Shown in pieces: positions 39,222 to 51,644 of a stretch of 64,000 bases of DNA. Under the pieces are notes generated by a model. That model was given only the letters and a program-made list of their open reading frames with translations. It did not search any database and was not told the origin of the DNA. The DNA is from Octopus sinensis (Eukaryota). The stretch lies in contig NC_043014.1 in assembly GCF_006345805.1 (NCBI RefSeq), forward strand, positions 8,866,001-8,930,000. The letters run 5' to 3'. A program made the position numbers and the translations under genes. The stretch's first letter is position 1. Every line of letters begins with the position of its first letter.

Positions 39222-39490
39222 CTGGTTATGAGTGTCTTAGCACTCATAGCACCAGTTACCTTGGTCTCCGTGACTTAAAAGCAACCGAGACCACAACACT
39301 TCCCACGTTCACCCCCTGGACACGACGCTAGTCCACTGCAGCGATACTCATTTACAGTTGAGCAGACGGGATGATAGCAACAAAAAAAATTAAGTGTTTT
39401 GCTCAAGAACACAGCGCACCACCCAGTCCGGGAATCGAAACCACGATCTTTCGATCTTCAGTACAACACCCTTACCACAAGACCACGCAT
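39222..39490 (-). mobile_element. tRNA-derived SINE (diverged)
   Basis: Shares body with 694-905. Confidence 0.65.
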
Positions 39491-39981
39491 CTTCTGATTA
39501 TTGATCATATATTGCCCATAATTCAACCGCAGATTGCAGGTTCATTACACCCTTGAGATTTTTACCCTACTGTAACTACATCAACGTTTTCCGTACAATT
39601 AATTCCGCCATATAATTCGTGGCCCTGTGCCCAAGAGCCCTAACTCATGCTAGTTTCTTTTGTGCAATAAGTAAAGTCTTGGCGTGACAGTCTCTATTTT
39701 TGGTTGGAGTCATTTCAATTTTCTTAAGCCGTTAGAATTCTTATCGCATTTATTTGTTACCAATTATATCTATAATTCTATTCTCTATATGAATAGATTC
39801 AAATAAACCTTTTGAATTCAAAGAATCTATGATTTTCTTCCTTTCAAATCAAGGGGGTAACGTCGGCTTAAATAAATATATGATATTTTGGGGTAACTGG
39901 TTGAAAAAGTTCCCCTACCTCTGTGTAAGATTTGTGCTTTACTGTATAAACTTTGTGTTGTATTTCAGTATCTAAACTATA

Positions 39982-40400
39982 TTTCGGTTTGAACGGCAGT
40001 TTTTAACATAATTTCCAAGTAACTAAAAAAGTTTAAACTTCGTATACTGGTAGAATGTGTTTATAAAACATCATTTTCTCTTGGCTTTCTTGAGAAAATT
40101 CTGTAGTTTGTAACATATTTCGTCTTTAATTTCTTGCATTTCGGCAATTTTAACCAATCACTGGCGTCTATTGAAATAAAAAGCATTCTGTGCCGTATGA
40201 GTATGTCCCTCGTTTAAGAAACACATTAGGTTTATTTACATTTGTGAAGAAAAAAAGATACCCTTCCCCCACCTCTAAACCTAACTAACCCTAATCTAAA
40301 ATAGATTGAAATGCAATAGATCGATTCTACGGTCATAATTATGGGTGACAATTTCATATGACACTGCTAGAAAAAATGGCAGTTCAAACCGAAAAGATCC
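39982..40400. mobile_element. GGATC-TIR MITE with clipped left TIR, flanked by a 217-221-bp direct duplication
   Basis: Same family as 52297-52718; duplicates at 39765-39985 and 40419-40635. Confidence 0.8.
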
Positions 40401-40964
40401 CATTTATTTTACACTTTTTATATCTATAATTTTATTCTCTATATGAATAGATTCAAATAAACCTTTTGAATTCAAAGAATCTATGATTTTCTTCCTTTCA
40501 AATCAAGGGGTTAACGTTGGCTTAAATAAATATATTTTGGGGCAACTGGTTAAAAAAGTTCCCCTACCTCTGATGTAAGATTTGTACTTTACTTTATAAA
40601 CTTTGTGTTGTATTTCAGTATCTAAACTATATTTCACCGTGAAAGTTTTGCTTCGCTTCATAAACCGTTTGTCTGTGTTTACCTTGTGTTGTATTGTACT
40701 GTGTAAGCCTTGTGCCTCCCAGCATAAGTTTTGCGTTTCACTGTGTAACCTTTGTCTCATACCATAAATCTTGTTTATCACTTTGTAAATTTTGTGATTC
40801 ACTTTTAAACCAAGTAAATGTTTTACCTGTAAGCTCTGTGGTTCAGTGTGTAGTGAGACCTAGAATCGAAACCTCACATTTTTAGATACCAGTGTAAAAG
40901 TGCATTCAGGTTATGTGATGTGTCCTGGCTACGAACCAGTTGGCTAACAGATATAGCATGCCAT

Positions 40965-41335
40965 GTGGAGGCGCAATGGCCCAGTGGTTAGGGCAGCGGA
41001 CTCGCGGTCATAGGATCGCGGTTTCGATTCCCAGACCGGGCGTTGTGAGTGTTTATTGAGCGAAAACACCTAAAGGTCCACGAGGCTCCGGCAGGGGATC
41101 CCTGCTGTACTCTTTCACCACAACTTTCTCTCACTCTTACTTCCTGTTTCTGTTGTACCTGTATTTCAAGGGGCCGGCCTTGTCACTCTCTGTGTCACGC
41201 TGAATATCCCCGAGAACTACGTTAAGAGTGCACGTGTCTGTGAAGTGCCACTTACACGTTAATTTCACGAGCAGGCTGTTCCGCTGATTCGGATCAACCG
41301 GAACCCTCGTCGTCGTAACCGACGGAGTGCTTCCA
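40965..41335 (+). mobile_element. tRNA-Arg-like SINE (OR-type)
   Basis: A and B boxes; family body. Confidence 0.85.
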
Positions 41336-41704
41336 TCCAACATAGCATACCATACGGGAGAACATTCTACAAACATTTCTAGAAGTTCCAGCGCATTTTG
41401 TAGTATAGATCAACCAGAGAGCGGCCTTCAACGCTCGAGCAACTAGCCTTTACAACGTTGTGTTTTACCTCGCTGAAATTCCGCCTGGAGTAATTACAGC
41501 GAACAGAAACTATTCCTGCTTCTCAAGTGGTACTAATTTTTTCTGTTCGTAATTTAATGACAGCTAATTTCTGTTCTAGCTTCTGTCGTGGTGTTTAAGG
41601 CTTGTAATTGTCGAGTTGGTGAATGAAAATATGTTTCTTTGGGCTGCGCGAAGAAGTGACTGAACAACACTTGCGAACATTTAACAGAAGAATTTATTAT
41701 CGCA

Positions 41705-42211
41705 CTAGCAGTATCGCCCGGCGTTGCTCGGGTTTATAAGGGAAATAACTATATAAGCATTTTTAGTGAGTTATAGCAAAAAAATGCATTAAAAATGGAA
41801 TAAAAAATGTTGGTAATTTTGGTGTCTTCAAGCCATGAAGTCGTTGTTCTAAAAGAACGCTGGTCTCCTTGACAACGCTTAACGACGTTGGTTTCATTAC
41901 ACTCCCTTCCCCACAGCTTCACGAGGGAGGGAAGAAGGGGGAGAAGCAAACAGGTGCAGGTGTAACCATGGACGCCAACTCCACCGCCATCGACACACGA
42001 AAAATTATGCATTAAAATGGAATAAAAAATTATGTTGAATTATTTTTTAAATCGTAGACTCATCGTAGACGCGCGCTAATAGCCAGACGGGCTCGATATG
42101 AATCACGACTATAAGATACCCGAATTTGGTTAAACTGCACCGCAAAATGTGGGAGTAGTTAGGAATCGAAGGGGACAGACACTCACACAACTACAGTTTT
42201 ATATATATAGA
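41705..42211 (-). mobile_element. Non-autonomous Helitron family C
   Basis: A|TC...CTAG|T on minus; matches 56504-57016. Confidence 0.85.
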
Positions 42212-42805
42212 TATAAAGACAAACTGCGTTGACCTCTTAACAACAGTTAACAACACACTGGGAGAGAGATACGATTTGAGTCTACAGCTAGCTCTTGGTA
42301 CGGCCATATATCTAAAAGTAATCATGCTATCTTCGTGTTGGGGGAAGATGCTGGTCATCTATCTGAGCCATCTGTCTTGCCTGTCTTCCTGGGTCGCCTG
42401 GCTGCAAGAGTGGAGACACATATCGCCCAGCCGCCTTTGAATACACTGCATAGTAAGAGGTGATGCATGTGAATGAGTCAGTGGCTCTCAACGCTCCGCA
42501 AAAAGTGTAGGTGCCAAAAGCAGGACTTTTATAAGGTACAGATATAAGATTCTAGGAGACTGAATCACGCGACTGTCTCACACTTATTGACTGTTCAACA
42601 GACCGATCATGTGAAACTGTTGTGGTTTAGTCGTGATGTCTGGTCGGTTACCAAGCACTTATGTTCCGAATCATAACTACATTTCCTACTGGCGACTACT
42701 AGAAAACCTTCGTATGTAACTGTAAATATTAAAATAATCTTAATAACAAATAAATGTATTTCAACAATGAGCTCATTTGGAATGGGGTGATCCGAGTTAT
42801 CAACA
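42212..42805 (+). mobile_element. Putative solo LTR
   Basis: T(A)TAAAGAC...TTATCAACA, AATAAA near the 3' end, start shared with 3273; no TSD confirmed. Confidence 0.4.
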
Positions 42806-42909
42806 AACAAGATGAGGACAAATATCCGTCAAATGTAAATAGTGTAAATAATGTAAAAATGTAAATAATCTACAGTTGTAGTTTATAAAATATGATTTTA
42901 AAAATTAAT

Positions 42910-43240
42910 TCATTTGGGCCTACCTTGAAATATTGCTTTTGGAAGAATTTTCAAGCTGTGCCCACAATGAAATACAAAAGGAGAAACATGTATTTCGCTA
43001 TTTTTGTTTGGGGGGTCATTGACTGAACATTCACACTTAAGGCATTTGTGTATCAATCGGCCTGGTTTTCTGATTGTAACTGGAAGATCGTAAAGTTTAG
43101 TAAACATGAGATTTGTTCATATGAATGATTAGCAATTGAGACCCCCTTTCCGTCATGTTGTGATTCATGCAACTAAATCCTCGTTCACATTCTGACGAAT
43201 CGCATTGAATTAGTTTCGAACGTTCGATTGAGGGCTTAAG
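42910..43240 (-). pseudogene. hAT transposase dimerisation-domain remnant
   Basis: DSSECERGFSCMNHNMTERGSQL... then a frameshift to MFTKL. Confidence 0.55.
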
Positions 43241-43261
43241 ATCTGGTGGAATACGTCAAGG

Positions 43262-43490
43262 CAGAGAGCTGGCAGAAACGTTAGCATGCCGGGCGAAATG
43301 CTTAACGGTATTTTGCTTGTCGTTACGTTGTGAGTTCAAATTCCGCCGAGGTTGACTTTGCCTTTCATCCTTTCGGGGTCGATAAATTAAGTACCAGTTA
43401 CGCACTGGGGTCGATGTAATCGACTTAATACCTATGTCTGTCCTTGTTTGTCCCTCTATGTTTAGCCCCTTGTGGGTAATAAAGAAATAG
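43262..43490 (+). mobile_element. Meta-like SINE
   Basis: Family sequence. Confidence 0.8.
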
Positions 43491-44409
43491 GAATACGTCA
43501 CTGGTGATTGTGTAGAAGAGCTCAGAACACATTGAATGATTTCGAAAACGGCAATCTAAGATGTTTGCAAATGGGCCCTACTGCGTGTTCTCTAAATGTG
43601 GAATTTAGCTCAACTGGTCACATATCGACTTCTAAAGGTACCCAGTGCAGAAATCATGTTTAGTGTGAAGTGAGTAGTGAAGTGCCTGGTCGTAATTTTG
43701 TTGTTTCGTGGGAGGAAGTTTCTATGAATAAATTTCGTTTCATACTGTTTATGATAATGGTTAAAAACCGGCTATAATTCATTGGAAACTGACCGTAATT
43801 GATTTAAAACTGATCGTAACCGATTACAATCCATCAATCTTCTTTTTCATTATGACATTCCCAGCTTCTAAGACATTTTTTTTAATCCTTGCGTTCTGGC
43901 ATTATTTCCAAACATCATAAACTTCAACGATGAATTATAAACTGCATAAAACTAAAGTAAAGCCCCTTTTCTCTGGGGATTTAAAGAGGAAAGATAATCC
44001 AAATAAAACATCGTGCATAAGTTCCAGATCAAGGAGAAACAATTTTAATGGAACGCGTTTTTGAAAACCCGTAAGGGATCAGAGATCAGCTTTCGATCGT
44101 TTTAGAGAATAAATACTGTGGCTAGCATGTTCAAAAAGATAACTCAGTGACGCATAGATATTCCAAATTGATAAAACAGTTTTGAAGAACCACGAGATCT
44201 ATCTAGTTTCTAACCTCTTCCAATATTTTCCTTTCATTCGGTCATCAAGCTTCGTTGCACATTGTTGAATTTCCCTTTGGTTTTTGGAAGTCTGGTTGTG
44301 CGAAGAGTAAAAATTATTCATAAACGATGAATACCATATACTTCATAAAAATGTCTGTTGCTGACAATTATTTCATTAAGAAGCTCGTCCAATCAAGCTG
44401 GGAAAATTA

Positions 44410-45147
44410 TTGGGTTGTCCAGAAAGTTCGTGCCGATTTATAGTAGCTTACATTTCGACTTATTTTAGAACATGGTTGAGTCCATAAAATAGGATTTGAC
44501 TACACCTCCGTTTAGAGCACAGTTTAAGCTATCTTTTCTTGGAAGAAGATTTATGCTCCTATAACCTGTGTTAATTCTGTAACCCTTTAAAATGGAAGAT
44601 AAGAAAGTTCATTTTCGGTAATTGATGATTTGGGAACCAGACAAAAATTGCTGCAGCTCGGCTGAGATGTGTTACCCTACCCTCCATATTCACCAGATGC
44701 TGCTCCTTCGGATTTACACTTATTCAGGTCTCTGCAGAATAGTCTTAATGGTAAAAATTTCAATTCCTTGGATAACATATAAAGATACCTTGATGAATTC
44801 TTTACCATGAAACCACCTCTGTTCTGGGAAGAGGGTATTTTCAAGTTAAAGGAAAGATAGAGACGCAATGTGCAACAAAATAATTCATATTTGGTTGATT
44901 AAAAATGTAAAGGCAAGTATTTATTGACCCTTTATATTCCTTTAAAAATCGGCACGCACTTTCCATGAATTCTTTGCCATGAAACCACCTCAGTTCTGGA
45001 AAGAGGGTATTTTCAAGTTAAAGGAAAGATGGAGACGCATTGTGCAAGAAAATGGTTCATATTTGGTTGGTTAAAAATGTAAAGGCAAGTATTTATTGAC
45101 CCTTTTCTTTCCTTTAAAAATCGGCACGAACTTTCCGGACAACCCAA
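44410..45147 (+). mobile_element. Internally deleted mariner with duplicated 3' end
   Basis: TIR TTGGGTTGTCC(A/G)GAAAGTTCGTGCCGATT, TA flanks; YPPYSPDAAPSDLHLFRSLQ remnant. Confidence 0.85.
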
Positions 45148-45602
45148 TATTATCGCAATTTGCAAAAATAACTTCAGTTTTCCCCCTCAATTTTTTTATA
45201 TATTAATCATCTGCTGAACGCTATTTTATAACCAGCCATAACCGCAGCATTGTCATATCACTGAGATCGACAATTTTATAATGGAATTTCATGTTTCACA
45301 GGTTGATCCAAGTTTATGCCATCGTGTTTTCTGTTTACTTTCGTTTTTAATTAGAAAAAAAAAAAATCTAAGAAAAGACTTTTATAAAAATTGTTTTCTC
45401 TTTAAAATCAATGTCTATAAAACGATGGGTTTTATTGCCATTTGTTCTTAATGCGTTTTATCCAGAGAGACAAGTGACCAAAATATTTGGCCTCGTGAAT
45501 GAATTGTTATGCAGGAATATGGTGGGAACAGTCGAAGCATGTATTCAACGCGAACAGAGTGTTCTGTTTGCAGAGGCTGCTACATAATGGCAGTTAGGGA
45601 GA

Positions 45603-45658
<56 letters not shown>

Positions 45659-45679
45659 GATACAGGCAGGCATGCTAAT

Positions 45680-46060
45680 GTTTCTTATTTCTTTACTACC
45701 CACAAGGGGCTAAACACAGAGGGGACAAACAAGGACGGATAAAGTCGATTACATCGACCCCAGTGCGTAACTGGTACTTAATTTATCGATCCCGAAAGGA
45801 TGAAAGGCAAAGTCGACTTCGGCGGAATTTGAACTCAGAACGTAACGGCGGACGAAATACCGCTAAACATTTCGCCCGGCGTGCTAACGTTTCTGCCAGC
45901 TCGTTGCTTTTGGTTTCAAATTTCGGAGAAGTGGATAAGTTGATTACATCGACCCCGCTACCCAACCCCGATGGAATTTGAACTCAGAACGTAAAGATGG
46001 ACAAAATGCCGCAAAGCATTTCGCCCAGCGCGCTAACGATTCTGCCAGCTCGCCGCCTTC
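45680..46060 (-). mobile_element. Meta-like SINE plus partial copy
   Basis: Family sequence on minus strand. Confidence 0.75.
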
Positions 46061-46235
46061 ACCGCATTTTTGAATATCAACTGCAGAAATGAAGGCTCAA
46101 TATAAGCTTTCAACGAACAGGGTTTAATCGATCTCTTTTTGTCAGTGAAGTTTAGATGGTAGCTGCATATTTTGTTATAATTTAAAAGGTAAATTTTGTT
46201 ATATATTTAAAAGGTTATATTTAAAACCCATAGGC

Positions 46236-46433
46236 TCAGGAGTGGCTGTGTGGTAAGTAGCTTGCTTACCAACCTCATGGTTCCCGGTTCATTCCCACTG
46301 CGTGGCACCTTGGGCAAGTGTCTTCTACTATAGCCTCGGCCCGACCAAATCCTTGTGAGTGGATTTGGTAGACGGAATCTGAAAGAAGCCAGTCGTATAT
46401 ATGTATATATAATATATATATATAATATATATA

Positions 46434-46495
<62 letters not shown>

Positions 46496-46498
46496 GTA

Positions 46499-46529
<31 letters not shown>

Positions 46530-46748
46530 TGTGTGTTTTTGTGTGTCTGTGTTTGTCCCCCAAACATCGCTTGACAACCGATGCTGGTGTGTTTACGTCC
46601 CCGCAATGTAGCGGTTCGGCAAAAGAGACCGATAGAATAAGTACAAGGCTTACAAAGAATAAGTCCTGGAGTCGATTTGCTAGGCTAAAGGCGGTGCTCC
46701 AGCATGGCCACAGTCAAATGACTGAAACAAGTAAAAGAGTAAAAGAGG
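46236..46748 (+). mobile_element. CORE-type SINE
   Basis: Full family sequence. Confidence 0.85.
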
Positions 46749-46944
46749 GTATATACTGGCACTCCAGTGGTTATGACTATGATGAGGACAAGGGTTCCAC
46801 TTTATCTGATCAATAGAACAGCCTTCTCGTGAAATTATCATGCAAGTGGCTGAGTACTCCGCAGACACGTGTAGTCTTTAACGTAGTTGTCGGGGAGATT
46901 CAGAGTAACACAGAATGTGACAAACCTGACCCTTTGAAATACGA

Positions 46945-47410
46945 GTACTACTCATTTTTGTCAGCTGAGTGGACAGGAACTGCGTTTGTTGTTTGTTCCT
47001 TCTTGAGCCATGCCTGGCTCATAAGGGCCAGTTTCCCAGTTTCCTTGGCGTATAGGTTCCCCACCTGGACGGGACGACGGTCCGTCGCAGGTGAGCTGCA
47101 TGATGCAAGAGGAAAGAATGAGAGAAAGTTGTGGCGAAAGAATCAGCAGAAGTTCGCCATTACCTTCTGCCGGAGCCGCGTGGAGCTTAGGTGTTTCACT
47201 CATAAACACACACATCGCCCGGTGTGAGATTCGAACCCGCGATCCCTCGATCGCGGGTCCGCTGCTCTAGCCACTAGGCCATGTGCCTCCACAGGAACAA
47301 CGTGAAATAAAGTGTCTTGCTCAAGGACACAATTCGCCGCCGGGAATCGAACTCACGACCTTTTGTGATCGCGAGCCCTCAACCGCTAAGCCATTAAGCC
47401 ACGCACCATC
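46945..47410 (-). mobile_element. tRNA SINE with a nested OR-type SINE (about 47080-47292)
   Basis: Two family sequences interleaved. Confidence 0.65.
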
Positions 47411-47948
47411 ACCTAAAAAAATATATAGGTGAATGTTCTCGAATGTAAAGAGAATTTCAAACGCGGATCTTATAAAGCAACTTAATCACGCCTGCTATAT
47501 ATACAATGTAATTAGTCACGTGATTAATTTACCACGAAGTAGTCAGATCTCAGATATACTTCGCAGCCTAAATATTTTTAACAGTAGCAATTGAATCAAA
47601 TTCTTGACACACCTAGAAATTATCTGTAGTATAGCAAATGGTCATGTCGATATACAGCTTGGACGGCTCAACTCTACTAGAAAAAAAAAGGAGTGACGAA
47701 AATTATGCATTCTGGTTAGTGTTTCTCGAAGGGATGACCCTTCCCCTAGAAGGGATGGCTGTGAGGACTGTAAATGAGGCAGTAACACTGCCGTGTTTAA
47801 CAGAATTAAAATAGTTTCTGTAAGGTTATTAAATAGTAATTAATGAATAACAACAGTCAGTGGGCTACATTCATAATAAGCACATTAACGTTGGCGTTAT
47901 TTCACATGTATTTTTATCAACCTCGAGCATTTGCCTTTTATATATATA

Positions 47949-48250
47949 CTAGCAGTATCGCCCGGCGTTGCTCGGGTTTGTAAGGGAAATAACTATATAA
48001 GCATTTTTAGAGAGTTACTTCCCTTATATAAAGCAAAAAAATGCATTTAAAAAATGGGGGAAAATGATGGGAAATTTTTTTTTTAATCGTAGACTCATCG
48101 TAGACGCGCGCTAATACCCAGAAGGGCTTGATATGAATCACGACTATAAGATACCCGCTTTTGGTTAAACTGCACCGCAAAAGTGGATGTAGTTAGGAAT
48201 CGAAGGAATCGTAGGAGACAGACACACAACTTCACTTTTATATATAAAGA
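47949..48250 (-). mobile_element. Short Helitron (family C variant)
   Basis: TCTTTATATATAAAAGTGAAGTTG...GCTAG|T. Confidence 0.8.
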
Positions 48251-48370
48251 TATATATAGATCTTTTATATATAAAGATATATATATATATATAGATATAG
48301 ATCGTTAGATCGCCATGATAGATCGTTAACTCCTACACGCATTTTTTCTCTCCTTGCTTTTTTCTGTGTA

Positions 48371-48408
48371 TCTTTCTGTCGAAGAGCGTAGGCTCGAAAC
48401 GTAAAAGA
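48371..48408 (+). ncRNA. Minimal hammerhead-like motif (A6U variant) in Penelope-like fragment 48333-48500
   Basis: UCUUU-CUGUCGA-A-GAGC(GUAG)GCUC-GAAA-CGUA-AAAGA. Confidence 0.55.
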
Positions 48409-48502
48409 CTTTTTCTATTCCTGAGCGCTATACTAATACATTTGTTTGTTTGTACTCCACCTGCCTTCGTCTTTTGTTTATTTTCGTAAACTTTCCCTTT
48501 AT

Positions 48503-48573
<71 letters not shown>

Positions 48574-48810
48574 ACAAAGTGAAGTCGTAAGGTACCGCAC
48601 GAGTGGAATTATATATGAAAGAAGGTTTGAAAATGCAATTTTAAAAGATGTTTATTCACTTGACCGGTTTGAGAAATTATTAAAAAGTTCATAAAACCTA
48701 TTTTTCCTTGTAAACTGTTTTTAACATGTTCTTATTATTATCAAAGAATGTATATATGTATTGTAATATTTTGTGACAACCAGTACCTAACACAACCAAG
48801 CTTTTACATG

Positions 48811-48856
48811 TTACTTTTGACAATCTTTTTCTAAAAAAGTGAAACCGGTCAAGTGA
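48811..48856 (+). ncRNA. Minimal hammerhead with U3:A8 covariant core
   Basis: UUACUU-UUGACAA-U-CUUUUU(CUA)AAAAAG-U-GAAA-CCGGUC-AAGUGA; ACCGGU palindrome; element has a 60-bp IR at 48612-48671 and 48842-48901. Confidence 0.65.
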
Positions 48857-48895
48857 ATAAACATCTTTTAAAATTGCATTTTCAAACCTTCTTTC

Positions 48896-48927
<32 letters not shown>

Positions 48928-49081
48928 GTGTGTGTGTGTAATCAGCCGAAATTGCGAGGACAATTTGGTGCTTGACTGAGGAAAGAAAACTTCGAATGAC
49001 CTGTCCTTGTTTTCTTTGTATCGTCTATTTGGATGTTTTGTTGTCCCATTTTGTATTATATATATATATATATAATATATG

Positions 49082-49530
49082 GATGTGTGTATTTTTCCCT
49101 TGTTTACAATTAATACGGAAAAAATAAACAGTTACCAGGGCAGCAAAAAATCACACAAGTAATATGGACATAACAACCTGTTTGTAAAGGTAGAAACTCT
49201 GGGTTGGTGTGAAATATTTTGTATAATATATATAAATATATAAATGGAGTTAAACTCAGATGTTATTCAAATTCTTTTCCTCCCGACACATGTTTTGAAG
49301 ACAACATTGGTAGTATTCCAAAAGGAATAAAATGGTGTAAAACAATGTAATCTTCTCATCAGGGAAAATGTCTTATTGAGTGTTGGTTTCTTTCTTTCCC
49401 TGATGAGAAGATTACATTGTTTTACACCATTTTATTCCTTTTGGAATAATACCAATGTTGTCTTCAAAACATATGTCGGGAGTAAAAGAATTTAAATAAC
49501 ACCTGCGTTTAACCCCATTTATATATATAT
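49082..49530. mobile_element. Penelope-like terminal element with internal foldback (about 135-bp arms)
   Basis: 49233-49368 is inverted at 49394-49527; second copy at 60472-60775. Confidence 0.75.
49394..49482 (+). ncRNA. Type I hammerhead, long helix II, G12A in this copy
   Basis: UUUCC-CUGAUGA-GAAGA...UCUUC-AAAA-CAUAUGUC-GGGAG; the 60676-60700 copy retains GAAAC. Confidence 0.65.
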
Positions 49531-49670
49531 ATATATTATATATATATATAATATATATAATAAAGAGAACAGCGTTCAAGATATACTGAACGCAATAAAA
49601 ACATGTTTTACTGTATGATATACTATAAAGTTATACGAAGGTAGATCACTATTATTAAGTACAAATTAAT

Positions 49671-50053
49671 AACAAGCAAAAGCACCCAGAGAACGCAAAC
49701 CTCCGCCAAGGCAACACCAACGTCTTCTCAACAATTAGCCAGAGATGATTATTAAAATGAGAATATCTGAAATAAACTCGACTGCTCTCACAAACGAGAA
49801 TGTTAAAAAGAAACCCAACTGCTCTCAAAAATTTAGCAGAAACCCCCCCCCCCCCTAAAAAACAAGGAAAATAATCCAGAATCCTTGTTCTGTACTGGAT
49901 TGATCCCAAAATCTAATCAGTTCATGCCAGTCACGAGGCCAAACATCCCTGAAAGTTTCGATCGAATCTATCCAGCGGTTCTTGAGATATCTTGTCCACG
50001 GACAAACAAACAATCAAACAAACGTAACTGAAAACAATACCTCCGGAGGTAAT
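49671..50053. mobile_element. Helentron-associated (HINE/DINE-like) element
   Basis: Subterminal ACCTCCG near the left end, (AAAC)n tract, terminal palindrome ACCTCCGGAGGT. Confidence 0.6.
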
Positions 50054-50324
50054 AATGGAAACATCTTCTAACAAAGCTAACTGACGTATCTTCTTCGAGT
50101 AATACCTCAGACCGTTCGGTAAAACAACGTAGAAGAGAGTGAGAGAGCATCTCGCGGAGCAGAGCAACACAGCTCCGTGTGGACTTCCGAATGGCTCCCA
50201 CTTTGGTTTATTTCACCAGATTTTTATAATCCTTAGTTAAGCGACTAGAACAGTGGTTCTCAGCCGGGATCTATATGGCCCCTGAGGGTCCCTATAAGAT
50301 TGGCGGGGGGTCCACATACCAAAA

Positions 50325-50662
50325 GGCGCAATGTTCAACCCGGTTTGTAAGTCTCCATCATCTAACTTTAACGGCCGTCCCGAACGAGGCTTATCTTCAA
50401 GAGTCATGTCGCCAGAATCGAAACGCTTGTACCACTTTGAGATCACCGCATATGCAATTGTTCCTTCACCTTCGGCAGCACAAATCTCTTCTGCAGCTTT
50501 TCTGGTTGAAAGACCTCGCTTTCAGCAGTAACGAATCAAAACACGCAGCTCAATTTTATTCATGGGCATCTGGAATATAAAGATGAAGGTAACTATAACA
50601 ATATAAACCCAAACAAACAATTAAAAATTGCATAAAAATTCAAATTTTCGCAAGTGTTTACG
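50325..50662 (-). pseudogene. Mariner 5' fragment (TIR plus transposase N-terminus), fused to a hAT MITE end at 50252-50317
   Basis: MPMNKIELRVLIRYC*KRGLST...ISKWYKRFDSGDMTLEDKPRSGRP. Confidence 0.8.
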
Positions 50663-51094
50663 AACTTTTGGGACAACCTTATAACAAACTGAGAATCCCA
50701 TTAATATTCTTAGAGCCCCTAAAAAAATTTCGCTTTAGAAGTATGTAGGGATCTAGTTTTGTTCATTCGCAAAATATGCATTTTTTTTCAAGGGAAGTAA
50801 AAAATCTGAAAATCGGCTATAATAATGGGATCTTCCAGTCTCATTACTATGAAGGTATGATGTTATGGAGAGAAAAATTGAACGTAAAAGTTACAGAGAT
50901 TTAAAGATCGGAAAAACTCTGTATTTTTAGTCAATAACGAGACAGAAATGTTCTGCGTTTAGCGGAGCAATGTCAACTTTAAGGTTGTACCCTGTGAAAT
51001 TTATAGTTTAGCGTCTGTAACATGACCTGTTCATTGTAGGTTTCTAAATAAACAGAAATACCTTGTAAAACCAACCTGTACCATCTTACTATTT

Positions 51095-51478
51095 ACTATT
51101 TTACTTGTTTCAGTCATTTGACTGCGGCCATGCTGGAGCACCACCTTTAGTCGAGCAAATCGACCCCAGGACTTATTCTTTGTAAGCCTAGTACCTATTC
51201 TATCGGTCTCTTTTGCCGAACCACTAAGTTACGGGGACGTAAACACACCAGCATCGGTTGTCAAGCGATGTTGGAGGGACCAACAGAGACACACAAAACA
51301 CACACATATATATACACATATACATATATACGCGACGGGCTTCTTTCAGTTTCCGTCTACCAAATCCACTCACAAGGTTTTGGTCGGGCCAAGGCTATAG
51401 TAGAAGACACTTGCCCAAGGTGCCACGCAGTGGGACTGAACCCGGAACCATGTGGTTGGTAAGCAAGCTACTTACCAC
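51095..51478 (-). mobile_element. CORE-type SINE
   Basis: Family sequence. Confidence 0.85.
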
Positions 51479-51607
51479 GTTTCTTTTGTCTCTTCATTGA
51501 TTGTATGTTTTTATTATTTTTTAAAATTTGTTATATTAATGTATATGTTTACCTTATGTGTATTTCAGTATTATGTATACCTGCCATGTATTTATGTAAA
51601 TCATTAA

Positions 51608-51644
<37 letters not shown>

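Noticed and set aside
40965-41040. tRNA genes at SINE heads
   Set aside because: A and B boxes continue into SINE bodies, and I could not fold a complete cloverleaf.
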